A DNA stretch of 64,000 nucleotides from Iphione sp. A-MEVVRFRX5 (GCA_976226885.1 OZ320313.1:45880001-45944000); one strand, 5' to 3'. Positions 12,882-26,144 are shown, numbered from the stretch's first letter. Program-made: numbers and translations. The notes: generated from the letters alone by a model not told the origin.

Positions 12882-15439
12882 CACTGAAAACAAACTGGGA
12901 GTCAGGGTGACTCTAAAGGGGAGTCCAGCACTTGTCTCCAGATTCACTCTTTTGAGGAGTCAAGTTTGACTCTCTTCCATAACAGAGTCAATATGACTCC
13001 ACTCAGACTAGATTCATATATTTGACTCTTTTCAGTATAGAGTCATGTGATCATTGACTCCTCTTATAAAGGAGTAAATGAAGCCTGAGTGGAGTCAATA
13101 TAGACTGTATGGAAGAGATGCAAAACTTGTTCCATGTGAATCTGGAATGACAAGTGCTGGACTCCCCTGAATATGGTTAGAACTTCCAGTTATCTGAAAA
13201 TCTTGACCACAGTGAATATATAAATATATAAGTGAGTAGTATATTAATACTACTCACTTATATATTTCATCTGTCACTAAATAAAATTATATAATGTGTA
13301 TCACTGTCATTTATCACACCTAAATCCATAGATCTACATATACACCTACATGAAATCCTTTATGCATACCCATTCAAATCCTTTAAACATCACACATCTC
13401 CATGCACACTTTCATACACATGCTGACACCTATTCATGCTTAAAATACATATCTTCACTTATGCCCACACACCTACACACAAATACTTACAAGGACATGC
13501 ATTTCACACATACACATGTATATATATGTACACATACTTACAGATAGGCACACCTACACCGTTCATCATCTCTTATTTATACACATCTATATTACACATC
13601 TACACACATATATACTCCTATAATACACATTTACAAACCTGCATGCACATACCTAAAAACACACATATCACACATCTACAAACATTTATTGCCACATCTT
13701 AATAAATGCTTACACCTATACATAGCAATACACAGATCTACATGAAGACAACTCAACACATACATTACACACCTACTAGTGTATACACATCAACAGACAA
13801 ATCAATATATATGTTACATATACTTACATATAGGCCCACCTACAAAAAATCATCTCATATTTATAAACATCTCTACACACTTACACACATTTACATGCAC
13901 ACTGTGTTACACACATATCAAACACATGCACACATAAACCTATATATCCTTATGCCAGCAGACATGTACACATGTCTACACATACCTACATTTATATAAA
14001 TTTCTTACATACACATGTATGAACTCCAATTTGCATAACATTATACACATAAATATAACACATTTATACACATATACACACCTACATACACATAACATAA
14101 TATATATACATGTACCTATACCTGAATACACATTTACACATTTACATGCACATAACTATAAACACACATCACACATCTACAACCATGTATTGACACATCC
14201 TAATAAGTGCTTACACCTACACATAGCAATACACAGATCTACATGTGCACAACTCAACACATACATTACACACCTAATAGTATATAGACATCGACAGAAA
14301 AATCAATATATATCTTATATATACTTACATATAGGCCCACCTACACAAAATTATGTCATATTCATACACATCTATACACACCTACACACATTTACATGCA
14401 CACTGTGTTACACACATATCAAACACATGTGTGTAAACCTATATATCCTCATGCCAGCAGACATGTACACATGTCTACACACACCTACATTTATAAATAT
14501 TTATTTACATATGCACTGTACATAAATGGTCTCCAATATACACAACTTTATACACATGATATTACACATCTACACAGATTTATATACCTACATACACATA
14601 TATATACCTTTACCTGCATATACATTTACACATCTACATACACACAACTTTACACACATATCACATACCTACAAATAAGTATTGATAAATCCTAAGTGCA
14701 TACACCTATACATATCTATACACCTACATGTGCACAACATAACACATACATTACACATCTACTAACATATACACACCTACAGAAATATCCACACATGTTT
14801 ACACACACCTACATGTAGGCCCCAAATACATTCACAATTATATATGTATACACACCTATACATAGCTACATGCACACATTACACACATAAATCTACTACC
14901 AGGCTTATACACATATAAATACATACACACATATATACCTATATACAATCCATGTACACACAGAATTTCTCTCTCCATTTTCTTAGTTGACCAATTATCT
15001 GTATGCTTAGTCTCCTTGTCCCTAACCTTTTTCTCCTCTCCCCAAACAAAGAAACATGATGTAAACACATGTACTTACAGACTGGTCATGCTTTCAAATC
15101 AAGTCTTCCAGTAATCCATGGCTTGAAGTTAGGTAGTATAGTTAATGTGCACCACTTCTACACTGAGTTGTATTCAAAATATTAGGATCCTCCAGCTACT
15201 TATAACCAATAGACAGAAAAAAAGAGATCCCATCTTCATGATGGTAGGGGTATGTTTCAAATCTAACTGCCAGAAGTCATGTGACCTCACTTTTTCCCTC
15301 CTGACAGGAGAGTTCCTCTAACATTTGACTCCTTTGGAGAGTCAAGTGAGCCCTAAGAGAGTCAAGCTAACAGAGTCAATGATTTTGACTCTTACACCCT
15401 AAACTTGACTCCAGTTTGACTCCTGTTTTGTTTTCAGTG
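12882..15439. mobile_element. Non-autonomous CACTA/EnSpm-superfamily (CACTG-type) DNA transposon, 2558 bp
   Basis: TIR CACTGAAAACAAA at 12882 and TTTGTTTTCAGTG ending at 15439, TA on both flanks (12880-81 and 15440-41). Dense subterminal GAGTCA/TGACTC repeats in both orientations at both ends. No transposase. Confidence 0.85.
13330..14965. repeat. CA/TA-rich low-complexity satellite with a higher-order unit of about 500 bp
   Basis: (ACAT/ACAC)-rich tract. The block cacatctaca...aagtgcttacaccta...acagatctacatg recurs near 13672 and 14172, and more degenerately near 14665. The His/Thr/Tyr-rich ORFs called here are artefacts of the repeat. Confidence 0.9.
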
Positions 15440-15742
15440 TAGGTTTCTGAGGTATGGTATATAGTATGGTGACAGGCTACAGGGAGAGAGTGACTTATAT
15501 TTTCCATCTTTATCGTACCTATGTTGTATATTTTACTTCGCTAGCTCACAGAACTTTGTTCAAATTTTCAGTATGTGGCTCATCCTCCTATCCCAAATTT
15601 TGGTCTTAATGGAGAACATCGTATATTACACATTTTTTAGCTGCATCAGGCATGACCAGTGTTGGTTTCAATGTGAATAGGATAATTTCGTCCTCCTTTC
15701 TTTGTTTGCAGTGTAGTGTAAATATTTCCTGTTTGTGTTAGT

Positions 15743-15850
15743 TTATGAAGACTTTTCTGGTCTTGAGAAACTAGCACCAGTAAGGAATTGAACCCCAGAC
15801 CTCTGGCATGAGAGGCCGACACCTAACCATCTGAACTAAAAGTGCTGGAC
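15743..15850 (-). mobile_element. tRNA-derived SINE head fragment (copy 1)
   Basis: Minus strand TAGTTCAGATGG (box A-like) and GGTTCAATTCC (box B), followed by aaaagtcttcataaact, which is shared with copy 2. Confidence 0.65.
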
Positions 15851-15986
15851 CTTATGGCCTCTTTGACTTAACATTTTCCCTTACACAGTTGAATTAGCAT
15901 GTACCATGCATGCCTTTACTACATATATGCACTTTGCTTGGCATTTTCGTATACTTGGATCATTTTGGTTCTCTACCAGTTTTAGT

Positions 15987-16085
15987 TTATGAAGACTTTT
16001 CCCCTCTTGGAGAGCTAGCACCATTGGGGATTGAACCCCAGACATTTGGCATGAGAGCCTAACTCCTAACCATTTAAACTGTAGG
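15987..16085 (-). mobile_element. tRNA-derived SINE head fragment (copy 2, tandem with copy 1)
   Basis: Minus strand CAGTTTAAATGG and GGTTCAATCCC, with the same flanking blocks as copy 1 about 245 bp away. Confidence 0.6.
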
Positions 16086-17057
16086 GGAAACCCCACTAGC
16101 CAAGGGCTAAAGGTTGACCTTATGGCCTCATTAACTTAACATTTGCCATATCGGCAGAGAGGAGTGGTCAGAGCAATGTACCTAATGAACTGTTATCCAA
16201 CAATAGTCCCATCTTGATGTGCTGGGAAACTCCAAACAAAAAATACTCCAAAGTTAAACTGAGGTCTTCAGCATGTATTCAGAAGTATTCATCCCTCTAC
16301 CCCTGCGCAGTTCATGGATGAGCATGCGATAAAGTCTCTCCCATCTTTCTCAGATCTTGCCAGATGGTCAGATGCAGGTGGCCAGGACGGTCAAACCCCG
16401 GCAGAGTCCCTGAAGAGTCCTACATTCCTTCAGCACAGGTATCGTTCTAGGTAAGATGACCTGCACCACGGTAGGTAAGGATTCGGCAGCCTGAGGAATG
16501 TGAATAAAGAGATCAATAAAGAGGCTGCATACCGTAACTGCCCGGCTCCTTGTCATTTCCAGTGTCTTGTTCTGCCTTGAGCTGTCAAGACTAACATTAT
16601 ATAAAACCATCTGAAATCTTGATTCAAATGAGGGTTTAAAGTTTGCAAGAATGTGGCCTTAAGCATCCAAAATCTGGACAGCAGGTGAAAGCTAGCGAGT
16701 TCAGGAATGGCCAGTTGGTGATGATCCCAGCCAATAATAATCATGGTTGTTTGTGCTGTTTTAGAACGTTCGGATGATTAGGGACTATTTTAAATGCACT
16801 ATATATTTTGCAGCATGGACACATGGTTTCAGTGCACGTTGTATGATGATGAGGTCCCATCTCGAAGGTGTCACTTAGATTTTCTAAAATGAGGAAACGT
16901 TACCTAATTCCTGAACCATTACATAAAGACCTCTAGCCTATCGTAATTCTACCTAGGGCCTTTTTAAAGAGGACCCTCCAACATGTTCCTTTGGTCAAAG
17001 TATCAGTATACAAGTAAATATATGTTAAAATAAAAACTTAAATTCAGATTATTTGTG

Positions 17058-18320
17058 CAGGCCACTCTCTTGATTATGGACACCCGCCGGACTTTTTCAA
17101 ATCGTTCGGATTCGAGACACGTTGACATTAGACATTGTGAGTATTATCTGGGGGGTCAAACTTAAAAAATTGTTTTCCCCTTCTCCCTCTCTCTCTCTAC
17201 AAAGTATATAGGACAACACAGGAGTTAGGTTTCAGTTTATTCAGTAACAAATAGCAATATGGGAATAAATAATGAAAAATATTTAAGTTCATCAGGATAA
17301 CAAACTGTACATACATACACACAAAATTTAACTCATTTCTTAAAAAAGCTATCCAAAGTGGTCTGGACCAGTTTCCTGGTGAGAGTTCTGTTAGAATGGC
17401 ATTGTTGAAGTGGTTACAGAAGGTTAAGGCACTCAATGTCACCTTCATGGAGGAAGTGTTTCCTCATCTTCTCGAACATCTCCTGGATGTCAGAGTCTGT
17501 GGTTTCAAATGGTTCCTCCTGTGGTTCATCCTCTGGTTCCTCCTTGTCCTCCTGAGTCTCCTCAGCTGCCCATCCTCATCATTGGCACTGTAAGCTGAGA
17601 GGTCATCCTCTAGGCCCTGATACTCTTCTGCTGTCATTCTGCTCTCTTCAGGCATGTTCTGCTGGACTCTTGAGAGGAGGGTCATGAGTGGCTCACCGTC
17701 TGGGTCTGGAGGAGAGGCCACACACTCCAGGTCTTCAGGAATGGGTCTCACTCCAGACCTGATGAAACATGCCTCCACGGTTGTGGCCTTCACAGCCTTC
17801 ACTGCAGAAGTCACCCAAGAGACCTTCCTGGGGTTATCCTCCTGATCCAGCTTGGAGACAATGTACTCCAGCAGTGACTTCTTATAGCGGACCTTCACTG
17901 CCAGGATGATGCCCTGGTCCAAGGGCTTAAGTGCTGAGGTTGCATCTGGTGAAAGGAACACCACCTTAATGTTACTCAGCTGGAGTCCTCCAGGGTGTGA
18001 TGGGGCATTGTCCATTAAGGGACAGACATGTCTCCCTTGGGATTTCATCTGCCTGTTGAAGGAATGTAACCATTCTTTAAACAAAGCTGTTAGCATCCAG
18101 GCTCTTTTGTTGGTGCACCACATGAACAGGAGAGATGACAATATCCCTCACATTTCTCCAGCATCTTGAGCACATCAATTTCCCAATCACCAATGTCTTT
18201 TAGAATTCCCCGAAGCAACTGATGCAGAACATGGCAGTGATCCACTCCTTTTATTTCTTTGATGTGCTTAGTGCTAAGTGCTTCAACCTTTCCATTTCAC
18301 TTATCATCTATACAGAACCC
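17058..18320 (-). mobile_element. Decayed pogo/Tigger (Tc1-mariner) transposase
   Basis: ORF 17464-18141 has NKRAWM, LMDNAPSH, VVFLSPDATSALKPLDQGII (DDE_1-like). The upstream broken frame reads WITAMFC...KTLVIGK. A possible TIR CAGGCCACTCTCTTGATTATGGACAC is at 17058; its partner was not found. Confidence 0.88.
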
Positions 18321-19319
18321 CAAGCACTTTTTAACAAAGAAACAAGCCAAAGAACACCCCCTTCCCTTCCCATACTCCTAGTCCATTAAACCACTGTCGT
18401 TCAAAACAACCCTGCAGTTTCATAAATAGTAGAAACTAGGCAGTCTTGTTACTCTTCGCTTCCATGATACAAAGGCAAATGCTTCAGAGGAAAACAATGA
18501 TGAATCTAGAAGAAATCTTCCTGTTTCATGGATATAGAGCTTTCATTCCTTCAATTATTCTTATTTCACTTGATGACATCCTTTCACATGACATCTACTC
18601 CTGGGAAAGTCAACGAAGGATACGTTGGTAAATTTCCTTATTTGGCAACATGTAAAAACCTCAGCTTGGTGAGGGTAGAACCAGCTTCTCGGCCTTCATT
18701 ATTGTATACACAAGATTATCACTCCTTACTGGTTGGTACGACCTTGTTTTGAAGAGTTACACCTCGCGTTACGAATAGCTTCTTGTTCAGAACGGGAACC
18801 GTAGTCGTTTTTGCTTCTGTTGTATTGACCGAATACAGGCAGTAACTATATATTTTGTTTGTGCTCAGGTTTATAGTTAACTAAGGTAAGAACAGATAGC
18901 TACGCTGCCCTCCTCCATCTCAAGGAACAAGGAAGTGGATGTATACATTTCCTATTCCTTCCTTTCTTTTCCCCGGCGAATCCTTTTTAACCTTGCGGGC
19001 CACTTTTTATGCTCGTTATCATACCTCGTGTTTCGTCAGTGTGTGCCTTCCGGTGAGGTTGAAGACATACATCTTTCTCCCACATTCATTCAGAAGACTG
19101 CAAAAGGATGTCTCTATACTCACCTCAGATATATGACCACACATCCAATGGAACAGACAAGCGTCAAATGACGCTTTCTTGCCTCCAATTAGTACACAAA
19201 TCAACGATTTCTGATTTTAGTTATTTACAGAGCCCTGGTAGGCATACACACCGCTGTTGCCTAGCTGCCATCTCATACATATATATGTAAACATGTACTA
19301 TATATAATATATGTGGACA

Positions 19320-20040
19320 GCAAAGAGTCCGCCTCCTCGGGCGCCACGGGTTGGCTGGCGCCAGCGTCTCGGCGGACTGTATGGCGAGTCAGCACGGCGC
19401 CACAGCGCGGCGAGGCCCGGCAGCTCTGACAGTCCCGATGCCTATCGGAAGGCCTGGAGCACGGGGCCGAAACCACGCTGATGCTATCTTCCCGACAACG
19501 GCACCAGAGGCGTTACACCGCCACCGCCGGGAGGCGCTTCAAACGGCTGACGATGAAAGCCGACCATCATTAGGTCTTTTGTCCGATGTCTGCTCACAAG
19601 TGGCACTGCTGCTCTGGCTGTGCCACCCCGGTGCTTCTCTACCGAAAAAAAGTCCACGCTTCGTCTTGGCCACCGCAGTTCTCCAGCAGCACGTACCTAG
19701 GACGCCAGCCAAGGGGATAGGATGGCCAACCGGGGGCATTCATTGCATTCAGGCGTGGAGGGTGGCGAGGTGGCGAGCACCGTAAACAGATTAAGGAGCG
19801 AGGGGAGATCCCTACACGAGCACGGGCAGCAGACCGTCACTGCTGGCAGTAAATACCTGCACAATGCTATCTGCCCCCCTGACAATAAAGGCTACGCCAG
19901 CACATCACCTGAGCCCAGCGCAGATTGGCGGCGGCGTCGGCGGAGGAAGTAGAAGAGTCCGGGACCAGACCTGGACCTCCCATGCGGCGACCGTGTCCTG
20001 ACTCGGCGATGCCGACACGGCGATATAGGGCCCGTATCGT
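19320..20040. other. GC/CpG-rich island (possible promoter, first exon or decayed coding segment)
   Basis: Abrupt GC- and CpG-rich block in AT-rich context. No frame stays open throughout and no domain was recognised. Confidence 0.45.
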
Positions 20041-20928
20041 CCCTTATACTCATTGAACATGAATAAGGGCGCTTATCTGATGACTCTCATTGCTAGGTCT
20101 GGCTATACTGAAGAAGAAAATATTTATCATTGATCAATGGAGTAGACGTCAATAAAGGCGACGCCAAATTGAATAGAAAGGTTGACAAATACCCCTCTGG
20201 GAGTATATACTTCTACGTGCTGTGAGTGTCTCACAATGTTGTTCTGATGTATGTCCATTTTATCTGTACCTCATAAACACTTGATTTTATGCATATATAT
20301 ATATAGACAGTTTTTTTTCAAATAAATGTTGGTTTGACGCTATTTCATCTTAATTACAATTTAGTCTGCCCTTAGCACTTGTCTCTAGCTCTGTCCTTAC
20401 CGTATCCTTTGTTCTGGCATATTTTCCTTGTGCTTTTGGGTCATTGCTGTCAGTCACTGTTGTTGTTGTTGTTTCAATCAAGCTTGACTTTGTCATTCCC
20501 AACTGAGGCTAAAGTCCAGGTCCTTTACATGAAAGGCCTAGCCAGCACCTTACCGACTAGGCCACAGAGGTACACATTATTTAGTTAGTTGATTCACATT
20601 GCATTTATGGGACCATTTGCAGGTGTTTATGTTGAAAATGTGTGTGAACTATTAAAAGAACTTTCATTATACTTTCACACATTCGATTAACTACGGGCGG
20701 GGGAGAGTCAGACCTTTCTGTCCTTCTGTCTTAGCCATTCATGTCACAGTAATCCATTCCAATCGCTGTCTAGGCGGTGTCTTGACCGATCCCCATATAA
20801 CTCAATTGTAAAAGGCTGATTTAAAGTAGATAAAGTCCTCATACATATGCCTTAGGAATACAGCTTAATCTATTCTTTATAGTTGGCTGGTTGGTTAATT
20901 CGTAGTCACCAGTTACCCTTTTCGATAA

Positions 20929-21275
20929 GGCCTAGTTCCCATACCTGTGTTGAGGTCTGTTAGGTTGCATTTGCCATCCGTGTGTTAACATAAGTTTTAC
21001 ATGAGTTTTTCAGTCATGCAGCCTCACGGATAGGGGTGTCATTTGAGCTTGCATTGAGAGTGCATGGAACAATGAGAAAAATGATGGAAAAGGACATATA
21101 TATATGCTAAAAGCCATGAAAAGCAGCAAAAATTATGCGAAAAAAATTATGAATAAGGGCATTTATGATGCTACAGACTGTGAAAAACTACATAAAAGAT
21201 GAAAAAAGTTGATGAAAAGGGACGAAAATGATGCTAAAGCCATGAAAAACGGCAAAACAATTGGCTAAAGCCAAA
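20929..21275. mobile_element. Partial Harbinger-family MITE-like fragment
   Basis: TAA followed by GGCCTAGTTCCCATACCTGTG, matching the right TIR of the 35264 MITE (reverse complement GGCCTAGTTTCCTTACCTGTG). Then A-rich gctaaagcc/atgaaaa repeats similar to that MITE's interior. Second TIR not found. Confidence 0.5.
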
Positions 21276-21844
21276 AGTCCAATACAATACAAAATATATA
21301 TATATTTTACGTTCTAACACTCCTGTCATGATAATCGGTACATTGTCCCCCAGAAACAATTGTTCTCAGCTGGAATTGAATTCTGGACCATTCTCATGTA
21401 GCGATTTATAAGATGAAGTAAGATTAGTTTTAAAAAATCTAAATGGCGGTTCCTTAGCGACTCTATTCGCAAGTTTTAAAAGATAATACTTTAAATGTAC
21501 AGACTGAAACAGCTTATAAATGCTACCTTCATAAAGAGAAAACAGTTATAAATGAACTTTGAGCATTGAATACATACATATCACTTCTATATTCCAATAT
21601 AATGTCTGTATGTTTTCATATCAACAAGTTAATATGGATCATGTCATTCGAAAACCAACTCTCACGCCATTGAGATTGGGGGAGAGTATATTTTCGGCCA
21701 ATGAAATTGTACATACGGTATGTAAACATTTAAAATGGCAGAGCAAATAAGCATTTGTGTTTCCAGTCATATAAGATGAAGGCTAAATTGGTAATGCTTC
21801 CATATATTTTACCCATTTTGTTAAATTATCATTGTCAGAAGAGT

Positions 21845-21954
21845 GTTTAAGCCTAGACAATATACTTTTGGTTTAACAATTCAAGCCCTTTCGCCCTTGG
21901 CCTCGGGCGATGGGCTGGAATTATTGAACCAAAAGTGAGAGCCTAGACTTAAAC
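21845..21954. repeat. Long imperfect palindrome (foldback) element
   Basis: Nested arms: gtttaagcctagac / gcctagacttaaac; acttttggtttaacaattcaagccc / gggctggaattattgaaccaaaagt (22 of 25 pair); inner tcgccc / gggcga around ttggcctc. Confidence 0.85.
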
Positions 21955-22086
21955 CCTTCATTCAAATTAGTCTAAGCGTAAAAGTTCGTAGGTCAACATA
22001 AATATTTCTATAAGTTTTTCTAGGAACTTACACTTTGTATTATAACTCCTGAAATATTTATCCTTGAGCTAGTTCTTGTGACATAA

Positions 22087-23233
22087 TCATTCATTATGAC
22101 ACACCAAGAAAAAACGTTCAAACAAAGCCTCTGCATCTGCTAGAGTCTTTTCACCTTGTGTTAGTCCATCTGCGGCATTGTCTACAACCAAAAACCTGTA
22201 TAGATTAGGTATAATATAATGTATCAATTGAATATCGTGAAGTAAAAAGTATGCAGCGCTTTTACTTGTATGCAAATCTTTATTCATCAAATACGTCTAA
22301 CAGTATATAATGTGAACCTAGGTCATCATATACTGATTCTGCTGTGGCAAAAGTTTTATCTGAAAAGAAACACACATCTACTTGTAACATAATAAGCTTT
22401 CCATTTCCAAACTAAGACGAGAGGTTTGTCTTGTGTTGAATCCGTGCCGCGGTTGCTGAGCTTCCAGTGCCCGAAGGTGCCGTGTGAGACCAACACGATC
22501 TGGGGCAGCGCTTGATAGGTTCTTTAACAGAAGAGTTAAATCAGTACTCGCCGAAGGTACCTTATGAGAGATTAGGCTTTGTGAGGATGGACCATATTGT
22601 AGCAGAAACTCACATATTGATTTGTAGTAGGATGATGACCACAGAACAACCTCTACCTTGCTCGAATCATCCAATGAAACCCTTCGTCTCTTATTTTGGG
22701 ACAGCTTTTTCCCTAGGGATTTGTCGGGACATTGAAAGAATATGAGTTTCACTAACCATATTAGAACTACCGTCTCAAACCTTGTTACTGCAAATGTATC
22801 ATTCGAGGAAATCTGGTAAGGGAAACATCATTTTGAATGTTGACCATTGCGAAAGTGATTTACCAATACCACAACGCTGACTTGTTGCTCCCGAGTAAAT
22901 GCCACGGGGTATTTTGTTTTGACCTGAAAAGAGCATCTTTTTGTAATCTGAAAACCTCCTCGGTAAGGATATGGTGCTGATTGTTTAAATTTCTAAATGG
23001 AAAGTGGGGCAGCGTCCATTTTCTCTGAATGAATCATACAATATAGGCCTACCGGTACAAGAGTAAAGCTTTTCCCCGCTCCCAGTCTCGCCCTTATATC
23101 CCCCACACCCACCTGACCTCCCTGGATACGACCTGCCAGGGCTGATCGAGTACATCCGGGCCCTTTCGTCATTCAGCGCATGCGTCGAACGCGCGGCAAG
23201 GGTCACGTGACACTTGTTGAACTCGATCTGCTA
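22087..23233 (-). CDS. Candidate small multi-exon gene or pseudogene of unknown function
   Basis: ORF 22378-22752 can splice in phase (AA|gtagat at 22381, intron 22196-22381, tacag|G) onto ORF 22087-22195 to give ...LLCYK-FLVVDNAADGLTQGEKTL...CHNE*. Further phase-1 donor/acceptor pairs lie upstream. No domain recognised. Confidence 0.3.
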
Positions 23234-25984
23234 AACTCAATCCCAAACCGGGCAACTTTATTCCTCCTTACGACGTGTCTCCATAATCCCCACACGCAGC
23301 TCTCTGCAGGGCCACTTGGCAGCTGCTGTTAGTGCAGGTCACCGCATCATTTGCTTTGGTTGGTCGCTTCACTGACGATGTACTTTTGTATCCCTCTCTA
23401 TCCGGGGGGGGGGGGGGTGCTGGATAATGATGCGATATAAAGCCACAGGCCACCAATAGACTGGCATAAAACGGGACTCCTGAACATCTCGTTTTCCAAC
23501 CAGGAGTTTCGGCAACAGGTTATCCAAAAAAAATAGAAGTATGGAAATAGATACAGGATCGTGGGAAAATTTTGGAGGAGAATAAGGTTAGGTGTAGTGT
23601 GTATCGCGGCATCTAGTAACATGTAGAAATCTGCCGGAGCTAGAAAGGAAATGGGAAGGAGATAGCTATCTATCATAGACGTCCATAATGTTATTTTTAG
23701 TATTTACCTGTCGGTAAAATATCAATTATATTTTGTACGGTTATTTTATGAGCGTGTCTTTGTTCCAACATAGTTTTCTGCTTTCTTTTAATTTTCGCAC
23801 TACCCAAATACCTAAATTGAGATTTAGGGATTTACAGTCTGTCTTTTCCATTGTTTTTCTTTCCGTGATGAATAGGGAACTAAATATATGTAAACAAGGC
23901 ATTTCTGTGTACATGTCTACGAGGCGCTTGAGGGAAACTTTCTACGAACAAGAATTCCCACAAAAAGAGTGAAGCAAACGGTTATTGTCACGTTAAAATG
24001 AATCTATGGCGACTAGGTTAGGACACATGAATTTTCGAGTTTCCCGGGAGACATAAAAATGATAGAGATATTTTCCATATACAAGTCAGCATCATGAACG
24101 TAGGCCTACGTAAGGTAGGACCCAGTTAATTTCGGCTGTCTAGTTGCCAGCTGCCTTGGTAGAACTGGCGTCGTCAGTGGTGTTCTTTCTTGGTATGTAT
24201 TGTAGGGCGCCTTACACCCTTCACCCTAAAAGGGCGGTAGGCACGAGTGGCAGGCCCAACACGCGCCACGACCGTGGTTGACTTTCATTGACGAAACCCG
24301 ATCCATCGCCCTGAAATGTCGGCACACATCTCGGGTCAGAGTTCAACGTTCATCTCGACTTTGGCGCAGGGCACAAAGGAAACAGGTCTAGGGTGTCAGC
24401 GCGGTAAGACTGTCGACAAACACTATTTTGATTGCCTTGGCCTCATGAACCCTCTACAATGCGTCAGTGTATGTATTCGGGCCAACCTGAAACATCGTTC
24501 GTTCAGCTGCCACTATAACATTTTCTGGCTGCCTCTGCCAGAAACTTCATTATGAAAATATATGGATTAAATTGTTTGCTTAGTTTTTGTTTTCTTTCAC
24601 AAGCAAGGTTCCGTACGAAGACAGTTTAGCATTCTTTGGAAAAGTGAAAAACCTTTTCTACTTTTCACCTTAATACGTCTTAATTTCGGGAAATTGTAGT
24701 GAAATTACAGAGAATATGATAGCAATTCATGATTGACGATTATCAAAAGGGAATTGGTGATCAATAGAACACAATTAGAAGAGTTTCATGTTAAACAGAA
24801 TGAAAAACAAACACATGGCAAAGGTACTCCTTTCCCAACTCGTCATATTTAATTTTAGACCTGGTCATTTTGGGCCAAACTTGACAGACTGGAGGTGCCT
24901 GCTGTACGGCGTGACCTCTGTGGTCAAATAGCCGAGTGAATGATTTGACTGCTGGTTTAGTACGATCACACGCCACTAGATGTCCATACTGCTACGGTTC
25001 TCTTGATGCCACAGGTTTGTTTCGTTCTAATGTGCGACAACTAGTGTTAATGCTACACAAGTTCCAAATCAAACTGACTAATTCTTCATTTAGAAAAAAC
25101 GCCGAGAGGGCTTTTTTAAATGATATTTTGCTTAGAGTTTGGAGTGCATACCTAAGGCCACAAAAAATAGGTGTGTTCCTGGTTACAACCAGCCCAAACC
25201 TAGGTAGCGAGGGAAGGATTTTGTTTGTTATTTTTTGCTTCTTACCTCTAGTCATCAACAATAATAAAGACAATACAAGAAAGGGGAGCTACAAGGCCTA
25301 CTATCCCCCACCAGCCATAGTACCAAGTGCATGGAACTAATGAGTTCTGCCTGTGTCAGCAGATTATGACATAGCTTCATACTTTGAAATCTACAAACTG
25401 ACTTTTTTGTATGTCAGTCTGTGAATATACCCAAATATTACACTACATAAATTTGATCCTTAAATTACTTAGAATGATCCAAAAATAAGCTATTGTCAAG
25501 AGTCCATTATAGTGGAACACCGTACAGTGAAGACCCATAGAGGTGACCAACTTTGGCACTGGCCAATGTTGGTCTCTCCTATGCTTTGGTCTTATTAGAC
25601 ATAATTATTTGATATAGAATGAAAAGGATGAATGGGTTCTAGGAATTTTGGTCCAAAAAACAAAACATTTTTTACTAGACCTTATTGGGAAAAGATACTT
25701 CTCCTATGAAATGGACTTATCCGCACTGCTAATATCTTGGTGTGTAAGAATGCCAACTTTGGTCGCGTCTTTGTTGAATTTGGGAATGACATGTCAAAAT
25801 GAACATGGTTGTGCCGAGAGTTGCCCCTAGCTAAACTTCCAACTGCCAATATTAAAAGTACCCTGAATAATGACTATCATTGGGAAGGGACACAGATTAA
25901 CGGTCATCCAAGATGCCTTTTGACCATTACGCTTTACTCTATCAGCATAAACTATTAGCATCAGTAATCATGCTCTTATGTATA

Positions 25985-26144
25985 GAGGCCCGTAGCCAAG
26001 GGGGTATCAGGGGTATCGGACGATACCCCCCAAAGACATTGCTTACTATAGATCCTTATATGGATTTTTAAAAATTAGTTCCACCTCTGTGGTATTAGGG
26101 GTATCGTCCGATAACCCACACAGAAAGCCCTGGCTACGGGCCTG
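25985..26144. mobile_element. MITE, (C/G)AGGCCCGTAGCCA TIR family, 160 bp, 5-bp TSD GTATA
   Basis: Left GAGGCCCGTAGCCA, right TGGCTACGGGCCTG, GTATA at 25980-84 and 26145-49. Confidence 0.85.

Noticed and set aside
13350-15068. His/Thr/Tyr-rich ORFs
   Set aside because: They are translations of the CA/TA satellite inside the CACTG element.
16150-16800. Decayed coding-like segment on the minus strand
   Set aside because: Stops in all frames and no motif I could assign.
25524-25600. pogo-type MITE ends (also 53270-53410)
   Set aside because: GACCA/TGGTC subrepeats are suggestive, but paired TIRs and a TA TSD could not be established.
25715-25800. Kinase-like string IRTANILV...EFG
   Set aside because: The frame is closed by stops on both sides and lacks HRD/DFG, so it is probably chance.
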